A DNA stretch of 48,604 bases from a virus (lineage: Duplodnaviria; Caudoviricetes), in IMG/VR virus record IMGVR_UViG_3300043442_000703, positions 1 to 48,604 of that record, one strand, 5' to 3'. This document shows, in pieces, positions 35,933-44,927 of this stretch (position 1 is its first letter; each line of letters starts with the position of its first letter). The notes under the pieces were generated by a model. That model had not been told where the DNA came from. It was given only the letters and a program-made list of their open reading frames with translations, and did not search any database. Made by a program: the position numbers and the translations under genes.

Positions 35933-37291
35933 TTACTGGCTCCTCCCTTGTAGGCGTTGTAGTTCGCGGTAAGCAAGTCCAGGATTCGCCTGAGCCCATT
36001 TCATCAGGGCTTCCGGTGTCATCCCCGTAGCACCACCAAGTTCTTTCAGCTGACGCTGCAGCTCTCCAGTCTGTTCCATGCTCCTACCCAGTTGCTGCTG
36101 GCCCGCATAGAAGGAAGGAAGGGAGACACCTGCAGGAGCAGAGTACTGCTGAGCAGCATTAAGTACTTCTTGAGAGAGTGCGCGGTTTTGAACATTTTGT
36201 CGTAAAGCGGGAACACCGGCCCCTGTAGACACCCCCGCACCGCGATAGGTGGGTCCACCTGCAAATGATCCGCCTGCGGGAACATCTGAGGTGATGGGAG
36301 TCTGTTGTCCGGCTTGTGCTCCAGGACTACCTGCACCCGGAGGTGGCGGCAGAGTAGGAGCAGGAGGTGGCGGTGGAGTGCCACCAGGTGCTGGCGGCGG
36401 AGTGCCACCAGGAGCAGTCTGACCCATTCCTTGATATTGCGCAAAGCGAAATGCCCGATCCCTGGCACCGCTGTAGTCAGGAGCTAATTCACCAGGATTG
36501 ACAACAGGACGGTTCTGGATTGAGGTTACGCGTGGATCCTTGCGTGAGTCGTAGATCAAACCACGATCTTGAAGGAAACCTTGAAGACCCTGGCTTGCTT
36601 CAATCATTGGAGTGGGATCGGCCAGGCCCCAAGCCATGCCCCCCATGCCACCAAGGATTGTGGTACCGCGTAGACCGGTAGCACCACCAGGAGCAAGGTT
36701 TTGCATCAGGCTTCCAACCTGACCAAAGCCTGTGCCACCACTTAAAGCACGCGCTGCTTTTTCGGAAGTGCCACCAAATTGACGCAGGAACTCACGGCGC
36801 AGAGCAGGATCCCTGGCGAATTGACCACCTGTCTGAATCGCAGTCTGCAACGGATTGGTGACTACAGCCTGTCCAGTACGAATGGCGTCACCAATAACAG
36901 GTGCACGTAATGCACCAGTTGCATACTGTTGAACGCCGCGAGCTAACTGTGGAACAGCGCCAGCAGTTTCTTGGATGGCACGATTTACCATCCCTGTTTG
37001 AACAGCACGCTGAATACCGGCTGGCATCTCAGCAACATCACTGATCAAACCTGTAAATCGAGCGGGAATGTTGCCGAAATTAGGACCAGCAAACTGGGCC
37101 GGTAAACCACGCTGGAGTACGTTCTCCGCTTTTGCCGCCAGAGCACGATACGTCTGTGGATTCGTGACAGTATCCGCGACCTGCCTGACGGCCTGAGGTG
37201 CTGCTTTAGCGCCAAAACCCTGTACAGCACGAAGAGCGGCTGGGGCACTCCGCATGAACATTTGCAGGAATGTATTACCCATTAGCGCCAA
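35933..37291 (-). CDS. Ala/Gly/Gln/Pro-rich putative internal virion protein
   Basis: 452 aa, low complexity, poly-Pro linker; located in the structural arm. Confidence 0.6.
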   Translation of the reverse strand: MALMGNTFLQMFMRSAPAALRAVQGFGAKAAPQAVRQVADTVTNPQTYRALAAKAENVLQRGLPAQFAGPNFGNIPARFTGLISDVAEMPAGIQRAVQTGMVNRAIQETAGAVPQLARGVQQYATGALRAPVIGDAIRTGQAVVTNPLQTAIQTGGQFARDPALRREFLRQFGGTSEKAARALSGGTGFGQVGSLMQNLAPGGATGLRGTTILGGMGGMAWGLADPTPMIEASQGLQGFLQDRGLIYDSRKDPRVTSIQNRPVVNPGELAPDYSGARDRAFRFAQYQGMGQTAPGGTPPPAPGGTPPPPPAPTLPPPPGAGSPGAQAGQQTPITSDVPAGGSFAGGPTYRGAGVSTGAGVPALRQNVQNRALSQEVLNAAQQYSAPAGVSLPSFYAGQQQLGRSMEQTGELQRQLKELGGATGMTPEALMKWAQANPGLAYRELQRLQGRSQ

Positions 37292-37743
37292 ACCTCATGA
37301 AGATAAATACGAGAACCCACTGCAGTGTCAGCTGGGCCAGGTAAAGCCTGAATAAATTCCGCACCTGATCGTTCATAACGATAACGAGCCTGGAACGGAT
37401 CTTTGTAATTAGGTACGTAAAGGATATTGGCCAAACGATTGGTTTCGTAGAGGTAAACCTCATCCCAAACCTTAAGAGCTTCCTTAGTGTTACTCGACCG
37501 AATCGTACGGTCAACGTCACCGGCGATGCTCTCTAACCGAGTTGAAGGCGAACTTGCAACTTCGGTTTTCTTTTCAGCTGTATCACAACGACCGATCTGA
37601 ATGACGATCTTGTTGTAGAAGAAAGAATCCGGGACAGTATTCATGGCTTCTTCCAAACGAGCGTAATCACCCGCCGGGACAGAAACCGTGAAGTAGCCCA
37701 GGTGATACCTGACCCTACTTTTATCGAAGTCAGATAACTTCAC
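37282..37743 (-). CDS. Putative head completion / adaptor protein
   Basis: DKSRVRYHLGY N-terminus, helical, downstream of the capsid genes; function inferred from position. Confidence 0.5.
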   Translation of the reverse strand: MKLSDFDKSRVRYHLGYFTVSVPAGDYARLEEAMNTVPDSFFYNKIVIQIGRCDTAEKKTEVASSPSTRLESIAGDVDRTIRSSNTKEALKVWDEVYLYETNRLANILYVPNYKDPFQARYRYERSGAEFIQALPGPADTAVGSRIYLHEVWR

Positions 37744-37786
37744 TTCTACCTTCCAGCATCAACTAATTATAGTTCTAGAAAATCAA

Positions 37787-38536
37787 TCACAGCCCAAAGA
37801 ATTGGCTGGTGGCGTACTTTTGGCCCTGAAGGTATGGGTCTTCACCTGTGAATTGAGTTAAGAAATTCCTGGGTGTTAATGCTTGCTGAAGTGCATTACC
37901 AATCAAGCCTTCCTTCATCTGTTCCATCAATGATTTGGGTTTTTCTTTCTCACCCAGTACATTGATCAATGCGTCAATCAACTTGCCCTGCTGGGTTTGA
38001 TTCTCAATTTGATTCTGAACATAAGCTTGCGCCCAGGCCTCACCGTCCGGTGTTGGTGCTTGTGCTGTTGCGTCACTCTTTCGAGTGGTTGCTGCCTGTG
38101 GTAGCTCGCTTAAATGAAATGTTTGCAACTCATAAGGACCTGTGCGTAAGGCCGATACATTACCTGCCGTTCCTTGTCCTGAATGTGTAGATACAGATCC
38201 TTGACCTAAAAAACGCAATGCAGTGCCTTCAGGAAAACTATAATCTTCGCCCTGATGGTTGGTTGATGCGCCAGGAGAAGGAGCTGTCCGTGGTCCCATG
38301 GGACTGGTAATTGTTGCCGCAGGATTAAGGCGGAATCCCTGGGACTCTGGGCTATAAAGTTGCTGCCAAGTTTCTTGGCCTGGTAAACGAAATTGAAGAA
38401 ACTGACCAATATCTTTACGCGCTTTCGATAACGGGAAACGCTTCCCGTCTTTCATCACTTCCCAGTGAGCATGTGGGCCAGTGGACGTACCTCCAGTGGC
38501 ACCAACCTTACCTAAAAATAGTGCTGGCCCTGCCAT
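37787..38536 (-). CDS. M23-family metallopeptidase (permuted motif order) with a helical tail
   Basis: G.VG.TG.STGPHAHWEV, ITSPMGPR..HQGED and FHL motifs. Confidence 0.8.
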   Translation of the reverse strand: MAGPALFLGKVGATGGTSTGPHAHWEVMKDGKRFPLSKARKDIGQFLQFRLPGQETWQQLYSPESQGFRLNPAATITSPMGPRTAPSPGASTNHQGEDYSFPEGTALRFLGQGSVSTHSGQGTAGNVSALRTGPYELQTFHLSELPQAATTRKSDATAQAPTPDGEAWAQAYVQNQIENQTQQGKLIDALINVLGEKEKPKSLMEQMKEGLIGNALQQALTPRNFLTQFTGEDPYLQGQKYATSQFFGL

Positions 38537-38561
38537 ATCTTTTTCTTTTTATTTTAAAACT

Positions 38562-38585
38562 AAAAAACCCCTGGTTTCCCAGGGG
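38562..38585 (-). terminator. Rho-independent terminator ending the capsid operon
   Basis: CCCCTGG-GAAA-CCAGGGG-TTTTTT. Confidence 0.9.
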
Positions 38586-38610
38586 ATGAAAGAGTGCCTT
38601 AGAAAAGGAG

Positions 38611-39039
38611 TTATACCCGGATTAAATTGGCTGCCAGGACGGCATCCCAGTCAACACGCTTGATCTGCCTGAGCTGCTCTAAGTTGTTGAACCTTTCACC
38701 CGATAAGGACATCTGAAGGTCTTTGATTTCTCGGGCAGTTTTAAGGCCAATACCCTTGATATGATCTGCGATCATTTGGGCAGTGGCACTGTTGATGTTC
38801 AACCGCGTTTCCGGAGGAAAAGAACGGGGTTCCTCCTGTGCAGCCTTATCTTTAATCTGAAGAGTTTTTACCTGCTTTGTTGCTGCTTCATCAGGAATGA
38901 GTTCAGTTTTGTAAGCGGTGTAAAGGCGACCGTCCTGGTCTTCGACCATGAACCAATCGCCGTTATCCCACTCGCTAACAACCTTTACTCGCGCACCTGT
39001 TTTTTTGTGCTGATAAAGCAACGCAGCAGTGGTAGACAT
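38611..39039 (-). CDS. Helix-hairpin-helix (ComEA-like) DNA-binding protein
   Basis: LNINSATAQMIADHIKGIGLKTAREI...F.NLEQL. Confidence 0.75.
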   Translation of the reverse strand: MSTTAALLYQHKKTGARVKVVSEWDNGDWFMVEDQDGRLYTAYKTELIPDEAATKQVKTLQIKDKAAQEEPRSFPPETRLNINSATAQMIADHIKGIGLKTAREIKDLQMSLSGERFNNLEQLRQIKRVDWDAVLAANLIRV

Positions 39040-39074
39040 AGGACCAGACTATTTCTGGTCCTAGTTTAACCCAA

Positions 39075-39863
39075 TCAGCTAACAGTGCGGCCCAGGAGGT
39101 AGCCGTCGATGTCTTCGTAGCCAGCGGCCTCATCCGGCTGGATGTAGCACACTTCAACCACGAAGTAACCGCTCTTGCCAGCGTTAGCGTCAGCGCTGGA
39201 GATGTACCAACCACCGGAGGTGGAGGTAGCGGTTTGCGATTCACGAGCCTGCACCGTGTAGGTGGTGGAGCCAGTGATCTGCTTGTACACGTTGGTCGGA
39301 CCCACACCAGCAGCACCGGTAGCGGTCAGGAAAGGCTGAGCGCTGTAGGCGGCGGTACCACCAGCGAAGAAGATTTCGCCAGCCTGGGAACCAGAGGTGG
39401 TGGAGGTCAGGTTGGCCTGGGCCACAGCCTCACCAGCGGTGCCGGTGGAGGTCAGACCAGGACCAAAGGTGATCACGTTGCCGGTAGCAGCGTACACACC
39501 GGAAGCAACGCGGCCATCACCCCAGCCAGAGGCCACGGAAATGGTGGCGCGATACACATAAGCGGGGAGGGTGGCGCTACCAGAAATCACCATGCCGGTG
39601 ATGTCGGGGCGGGTGTCGTCCTGGCGGTAAGGCGAAGGAACGATCACGCTGCCGGAAGCGACTGCAGCGCCAGAAATGGCGGTGACAGCCACATAACCAC
39701 GCTGTTGGAAATAACGGTAACCGGGGGTGGCCAGCACCGAAGTGGGGCCACCTTTGGAAGCGTTATTGGTACCGTCATCGTTGGTATCAATATTCTTGTA
39801 CCAACCGTTCAGGGGCTCTGCCCAGTTACCTGGGTAGATTTTCTTAGCGGACAAATAGGTCAT
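39075..39863 (-). CDS. Abundant structural protein (decoration or tail-tube candidate)
   Basis: Immediately after the capsid gene; strongly C-ending codon bias; Gly/Ala/Thr-rich. Confidence 0.7.
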   Translation of the reverse strand: MTYLSAKKIYPGNWAEPLNGWYKNIDTNDDGTNNASKGGPTSVLATPGYRYFQQRGYVAVTAISGAAVASGSVIVPSPYRQDDTRPDITGMVISGSATLPAYVYRATISVASGWGDGRVASGVYAATGNVITFGPGLTSTGTAGEAVAQANLTSTTSGSQAGEIFFAGGTAAYSAQPFLTATGAAGVGPTNVYKQITGSTTYTVQARESQTATSTSGGWYISSADANAGKSGYFVVEVCYIQPDEAAGYEDIDGYLLGRTVS

Positions 39864-39898
39864 TTATCTTTCCCTATGTTTTGTATGTTGCTTAATTA

Positions 39899-41062
39899 TC
39901 AGACGCTACCGTCATCAGACACGAAGCTGTAAGCGGTGGTCACGAAGTCCTTGTTCAGGATCTCGAAGCCAGCGTACAGTTGCCAGATGAGGATGATGAA
40001 ACGGCTGAAGTCGTCGTTGTTGTTGATCAGCACCTGAGCATTCGGGCCGCCGATACCCACGCCAACCGACTGAGGACCGAAGAAGTAACCTTGAGCAACT
40101 TCCTGGTTTGCATAAGGAGCAGCACCAGTGAAGGAAGCAGCAACGGTCTTGGTCGGGAAGTTGGTGGACTCGAAGAACTTCACGCCTTCAAACTGAACGC
40201 CGGTCGGCATCACAGGCTCACCAGCCAGGAAGTAGCCCTGACCAGCTTGGGGACCCATGTAGAAGCTGGCGTTGTTAGGCATCATGGGGTTGCCCATGTA
40301 CATGCCTTGGCCAGGATTGCCGGCGTAGCGAGCGATCTCGCGGAAGTCGGGGTCACGACGCAGGTGCATCATGAAGGTAGGATCGCAAATGCAGCGATAC
40401 AGACCATCAGAGAAGGTCGGCACGTTGCGCTTACGCAGATCCTTCACCACGTTCAGCAGGTCGGTACGCACCGAGAACTGCTGCACATCAGCGGTGTACT
40501 CCGCAGAGGTGTAGGTGATTTGACCAGAAGAGTTCTTGGTCTTACCACCAGGGAAGTAGTAACCGCCTTGGGTGGTGGAAGCAGGGCCGTTGGCTTCGGC
40601 TTTGGCGAGTTCATCAATGAACACGCGGTCGCGCCAACGACGGTAGTCATCAAGCAGCGTCAGGCTACCGATGGACTGGTGGAACATGTTAAGGTTCCCG
40701 GTGTCCAGCAGCAGACGCTGAGCGGTGATCAGAGTCTCGCGAGCAATCTTGAAAGTGCTGGGCTGGGTCGGATCACCCGGATCGGCAGGGCCGGTGTATT
40801 CCTTGAGCACCACCAGAACTTTCTCCTTGGTGATGTTCCGGCTGTTGGCCGTACCGATGGTCTGGTCGGACACGCGCTCACGGCTGTCCTTAGTACCAGG
40901 GGTGCCCCAGAACTTATAGCGGTCTAACTGGACGGTTTGACCGGGCTGACGGGTGAAGTCGTGAACGACCACAGGCTCAACAGCCATTTCTGCGATATAC
41001 GCAGGATGGGGCCGATAGAGTTCGGCGCCCAAAATCTTTGGAAAGTCGTTATCAATGAACAC
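39899..41062 (-). CDS. Major capsid protein (HK97 fold, N4-gp56-like)
   Basis: 387 aa after portal and scaffold; PGQTVQLDRY, G.FEGVKFFEST and W..YAGF..L motifs; GGAGG SD; biased codons. Confidence 0.85.
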   Translation of the reverse strand: MFIDNDFPKILGAELYRPHPAYIAEMAVEPVVVHDFTRQPGQTVQLDRYKFWGTPGTKDSRERVSDQTIGTANSRNITKEKVLVVLKEYTGPADPGDPTQPSTFKIARETLITAQRLLLDTGNLNMFHQSIGSLTLLDDYRRWRDRVFIDELAKAEANGPASTTQGGYYFPGGKTKNSSGQITYTSAEYTADVQQFSVRTDLLNVVKDLRKRNVPTFSDGLYRCICDPTFMMHLRRDPDFREIARYAGNPGQGMYMGNPMMPNNASFYMGPQAGQGYFLAGEPVMPTGVQFEGVKFFESTNFPTKTVAASFTGAAPYANQEVAQGYFFGPQSVGVGIGGPNAQVLINNNDDFSRFIILIWQLYAGFEILNKDFVTTAYSFVSDDGSV

Positions 41063-41141
41063 TGTTTGTTATCCTCCAGAATCTCAGGAAGGTAGTTTAT
41101 CGGGTGAAAGATTCAGACATTTATATGTCTTATCTAACACA

Positions 41142-41176
41142 AATTTTAGCAGTCGGTAATTTATTTAATTACCGAC
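41142..41176 (-). promoter_or_regulatory. Capsid promoter candidate with adjacent 10-bp inverted repeat
   Basis: Extended -10 TGCTAAAAT abutting GTCGGTAATT-n5-AATTACCGAC. Confidence 0.55.
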
Positions 41177-41182
41177 AAGCTA

Positions 41183-42145
41183 TCACTCCATCACGAACAA
41201 TTTGTTCGCAACAACTTGAGGCTGAGCCTGGTTCAGAACGCGCCAGGCATTCTGGGGATCACGAGCCATCATTTCGTTGAAATCGCCCCAGAAGTTGCCG
41301 GGTTGCTGAGGAGCAGCGGCAGCCGGAGGAGCGGGCATCAGACCCAGCTCAGGCTGTTGAACCTGTTGGGTGGGATAACCAGGAGTTTCCAATTGGGCCT
41401 CACTTTCGTAAACGGGATAAGGCCCTTCAGGACCAAAGAACTTCAGCGTGTAATCGCTGAGCACATCGGGATTGGTCAGAATTTCGTTGTAAGCGAGGTT
41501 CTCTTGGTGCTCGTTTACAGCGAATTCAGCGTAACCCTTGATGGTCTCACTTGCGCGGTTTCCCCACGCGACGGCGCTGTCCAGCATTGTTTCCAGCTGG
41601 AGCGCGTAGTTGTTCAGGATTGACGGGGCCTCGATCCCGAACGCGTCCATCACCTGGCGGGACTCCTGGCTCATTCCCACCAAGTCCGCGATTGCCTCCA
41701 AGGATGGAGTCGAGGAGGTTTGGGAAGAGCTGGGCGAGTATGCCTGGCTGGGATATGAGGTCGGCGGAGCCGATTGTGGCGTAGCTTGGGGGCTGGTCAA
41801 CCCGTAGTTGGCCGGGGTATAGGTCGTCGGAGCCGACTGTTGACCCTGGAACGGGGATTGAACTGGTGCGCTCAGCAGGTTCACCACCTTGTTGAACGCC
41901 GATTCCCACGGATTCGAGGTCGAGTCCGCCGTTGGGGCCGATTGGAATTGGGGGGCGTACTGAGACGGGGCGGATTGGTAGCTGGGGCTCGCCTGGGGCA
42001 CTGCTTGGGGGTAGCTGGTACCCACCTGATACGCCACTGGAGCCGATTGCGCTTGGGGCGCTGCCACCACGTAGCTGCTTGGAGCTACCGCTACGGGCGA
42101 CGGTTGGCTCGTCTGTGGGATCGATTGGACGGTAGCGTCCTGCAT
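41183..42145 (-). CDS. Putative scaffolding protein
   Basis: Between portal and capsid; Pro/Gln/Ser-rich N-half, helical C-half; AAGGAG SD before the ATG. Confidence 0.7.
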   Translation of the reverse strand: MQDATVQSIPQTSQPSPVAVAPSSYVVAAPQAQSAPVAYQVGTSYPQAVPQASPSYQSAPSQYAPQFQSAPTADSTSNPWESAFNKVVNLLSAPVQSPFQGQQSAPTTYTPANYGLTSPQATPQSAPPTSYPSQAYSPSSSQTSSTPSLEAIADLVGMSQESRQVMDAFGIEAPSILNNYALQLETMLDSAVAWGNRASETIKGYAEFAVNEHQENLAYNEILTNPDVLSDYTLKFFGPEGPYPVYESEAQLETPGYPTQQVQQPELGLMPAPPAAAAPQQPGNFWGDFNEMMARDPQNAWRVLNQAQPQVVANKLFVME

Positions 42146-43895
42146 AACTCATCTCCTTTTGTAAGGCCTCTAATGTTCGATACAGATATGGAGTTAAATC
42201 CAGTCTGGGATCCGCAGCCATCGGTAGATCCGGTGATTGCGGGTGAGGGGTCTGCATCATGCCCCCCACTAAGCGAGCGAATTGAGAGTATGCACCCTGT
42301 AATTCGTTCACCATCCTGAACGGGAACCCAGATAACATCTCGGCCCGTTCCTCATCCGTTTTTGACGGGAAGAGGTATTTCAGTGCTTCAATGCTATCAA
42401 CACCTAATTCTTGCAGATTTCGAACAACAATGGAGTTGTTCAGAATATCTTGCGTCGAATCTTCGTAGACGGGGCCTAGCCATCTCCAAAGAATCGTTAC
42501 ATCACCGTCTGGAATCAGGCCAGTGACGCCAGGTGGAATTTGTTGGGTCTGAACAGAAGCAAGCATTAACTGCTTGATTTGTGTATTGAAGCCATCTAAT
42601 GCAGCTTCGTAGAGATCCAGTTCATCTTGACTGGCCCCCTCCGCTGGTTCGATTGGCTTCTCGATACCAGCAGCTGCAGCTAATGTTTCACGGAACATCC
42701 GTTCTTCTTGGAAGATAATTAGTTCCAGACAACGTGCAATGCCATGGGTGTAAATAGCATTCGCTTTTTTCTTAGATGTCGCAGCGACCCGCCCAAATAG
42801 GGATTTGTATTCAGTAGCAGTAACACCAGCCGAAATCGACAGCTCATCCACGCCGCCAAGAGCAGTACGAATTTCTTCCCGATACTGGCGAGCAAAAGCG
42901 TTTTGGTCACCGGTGATAGCGTCTGGAACGATGTAACCAACACGGTCGTTTGGCTCCAGGTTTGCAATCACGCGTGGTACTCGGATCTGTCCATCTACAC
43001 CACGACTGATTGGATCCTGCTTGAAGGTAGAGCGGCTGTATGCACTCAAGCTTCCAAAACCAGAGTTTGCGGCAATCGACGGACGCTGAACAGCACCATC
43101 GGTTCCGGACTCCATCAAGTCCGTTTTGGGGCGAGATGAGAGAAGGGTTGGGTTACCAAAGAAAGTAACGTTCTTCCGCATGGTGCGAACCAACTCGTCA
43201 TGCGTCACGATATGGTTGGCTACGGCATCAAATTCGCCATAACCCTCCATCGCAAAACCCTTGGGGTTATTGAAGATTTCAACACAAGGAATAAAACCAA
43301 GGGAATTCTTGAACGTTTTGGTTTTACCAGGGGCGGCAAAGGACGGCATCTCGAAGGACATCTCTCCTTCTGAGTGCGTTTCTTCGATGACCTTTGCCTT
43401 AATTGAAAGTTTGATATATCGTTTAGCGCCTTGATCAGCGGTGATTGCAGTACCGGTTACGTTGGTGACATTGATGTTGTCACCGAATCCAAAACCCCGA
43501 CGCACCTTGTAGCTGTAGATGATGATCACTTCCTCCAGCTCGCCATCTACGTTGTAGAAGCTGCGATACTCATGCTCGCGGAAGTAATAAAGTCTGTAAT
43601 TCTGTTTGGTAGGACGGATGTAGAACAACCCTTTGCCGTCACATAAAAAGTAATCCCAAATGGAATCCAGTCGGGTATCCAGCTGGTTGTACTTCAACAC
43701 ACGATCAATAAAATCCTTGCGTTGATTTCCGAAGTTGTCCTGACTGGGAAAAAATTCAACACCCTGGCGGATACCAAATAATTTCATTTGGGCCAGGTGA
43801 GAGGCAACCACGCTGGTATCAACAACTGCGTTGCCATCCTTTTCGATGTACGCGTTGATGATTTCCTGCAGTCTGGCGTTAGAGCTAGTTGCCAT
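41547..43895 (-). CDS. Portal protein
   Basis: Position terL..portal..scaffold..MCP; N.LGFIPCVEI.N...G.GEF motif; SAG.TATE. Confidence 0.8.
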   Translation of the reverse strand: MATSSNARLQEIINAYIEKDGNAVVDTSVVASHLAQMKLFGIRQGVEFFPSQDNFGNQRKDFIDRVLKYNQLDTRLDSIWDYFLCDGKGLFYIRPTKQNYRLYYFREHEYRSFYNVDGELEEVIIIYSYKVRRGFGFGDNINVTNVTGTAITADQGAKRYIKLSIKAKVIEETHSEGEMSFEMPSFAAPGKTKTFKNSLGFIPCVEIFNNPKGFAMEGYGEFDAVANHIVTHDELVRTMRKNVTFFGNPTLLSSRPKTDLMESGTDGAVQRPSIAANSGFGSLSAYSRSTFKQDPISRGVDGQIRVPRVIANLEPNDRVGYIVPDAITGDQNAFARQYREEIRTALGGVDELSISAGVTATEYKSLFGRVAATSKKKANAIYTHGIARCLELIIFQEERMFRETLAAAAGIEKPIEPAEGASQDELDLYEAALDGFNTQIKQLMLASVQTQQIPPGVTGLIPDGDVTILWRWLGPVYEDSTQDILNNSIVVRNLQELGVDSIEALKYLFPSKTDEERAEMLSGFPFRMVNELQGAYSQFARLVGGMMQTPHPQSPDLPMAADPRLDLTPYLYRTLEALQKEMSYAGRYRPIDPTDEPTVARSGSSKQLRGGSAPSAIGSSGVSGGYQLPPSSAPGEPQLPIRPVSVRPPIPIGPNGGLDLESVGIGVQQGGEPAERTSSIPVPGSTVGSDDLYPGQLRVDQPPSYATIGSADLISQPGILAQLFPNLLDSILGGNRGLGGNEPGVPPGDGRVRDRGPVNPEQLRAPAGNNAGQRRRVGKPRK

Positions 43896-44043
43896 TCACT
43901 TGTTGCCCCTTTTCTTTTTTGATCTTAGCAGTTTTCTTATCTTCCTTTTTCTTGCGAAGCCAGTAATCAAAGAACGTCAACTCAGCTGGAGTGTACAACT
44001 CAGGATGCTTGAGTGCTCGTTTAATCAACTTCTTTGTTTTCAC
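43885..44043 (-). CDS. Small basic protein (52 aa, not in the ORF track)
   Basis: Read manually: GTG start overlapping the upstream TGA; MKTKKLIKRALKHPELYTPAEL...VNGN*. Confidence 0.6.
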   Translation of the reverse strand: MKTKKLIKRALKHPELYTPAELTFFDYWLRKKKEDKKTAKIKKEKGQQVNGN

Positions 44044-44393
44044 ATTACGCCACCAAAATAAAGCCCGGCTTGACCAAGCTGTGGACCTCTATAGAACTGT
44101 GAGTTAGCTACACCCGCCATGTTGCCAATGGCATTAGGAAGATTGCTGCTACCCATTGCCATGGGAAGTCCAAGCGGGGCGTTGCCTGGCATTGGCTGCG
44201 GGCCAGGGCGTCCATAGACACCTTCAACGGCACCTTTGTTTTCACCAGGAAGAACAGGTTGACCACCGGGCTTTTTGCCTGGAATCTGGAATGCAAGTCC
44301 AAAAGGATTGCCAGCCATCATGGGAGGACGCATCGCGCCTTCGTTGCCCATGCCGCCGCCGTAAAAGCCACCTGGTTGCGTGGTATAAAGCAT
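44040..44393 (-). CDS. Gly/Pro/Met-rich hypothetical protein
   Basis: 117-aa ORF with TAAAAT upstream. Confidence 0.6.
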   Translation of the reverse strand: MLYTTQPGGFYGGGMGNEGAMRPPMMAGNPFGLAFQIPGKKPGGQPVLPGENKGAVEGVYGRPGPQPMPGNAPLGLPMAMGSSNLPNAIGNMAGVANSQFYRGPQLGQAGLYFGGVM

Positions 44394-44418
44394 GTACTTC
44401 TATCTCAATTTTCCTATT

Positions 44419-44604
44419 TTACTCGTCTTCTTCCAGTTCATACAAAGATGGATCAGCAACCTTGGAAATATGGATGCCATCACCTTGTATATCCCAATTC
44501 AAAATATCGCCTTCCTTCCAGCCCAGCTCTTCCATTAATTCTTCAGGGAAGGTGAGAAACTGTTCTCCGTTCTCGTCTTCTTCCACCTCAAGGATGTAAC
44601 TCAT
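44419..44604 (-). CDS. AbrB/MazE-like small DNA-binding protein
   Basis: LTFPEELMEELGWKEGDILNW pattern. Confidence 0.7.
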   Translation of the reverse strand: MSYILEVEEDENGEQFLTFPEELMEELGWKEGDILNWDIQGDGIHISKVADPSLYELEEDE

Positions 44605-44894
44605 TTTGTCAAAAGCTTTTCCATTAGCTTATCAAGCTTATTATTGATTTCGCGGAAGTTGTCGTGCATTTCCTGAATTTCTCTTAAGAAATCAACCTTT
44701 AAGACGTAGTCCAACGGCATACGATTGATCTGATCTTCCAAGATGTCGATCCTGCGTTTCTGCGAATTAGTGTAATTAAAAGCCTGCTGAATGTCTTGGC
44801 TCTGGCGGCTTAAAATTTTATTGGCGGCCCAGGTGCCACCGCTCACTGCGGAAACAATAGCTGTTAAAGCTAGAGCGATGTATTCGGGACCCAC
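44601..44894 (-). CDS. Membrane-anchored coiled-coil protein
   Basis: N-terminal TM; YVLKVDF..EI......F..I..KLDKL. Confidence 0.65.
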   Translation of the reverse strand: MGPEYIALALTAIVSAVSGGTWAANKILSRQSQDIQQAFNYTNSQKRRIDILEDQINRMPLDYVLKVDFLREIQEMHDNFREINNKLDKLMEKLLTK

Positions 44895-44927
44895 GATTTT
44901 CGGACTTGCTTTTTTCTAATTCTAATT

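Noticed and set aside
39234-40927. Long plus-strand ORFs (232 and 315 aa) antisense to the capsid genes
   Set aside because: Expected shadow frames of strongly codon-biased genes; no recognisable motifs
44419-44894. Toxin-antitoxin pair around the AbrB-like gene
   Set aside because: The neighbours are a TM/coiled-coil protein and a Gly-rich protein, with no toxin motif
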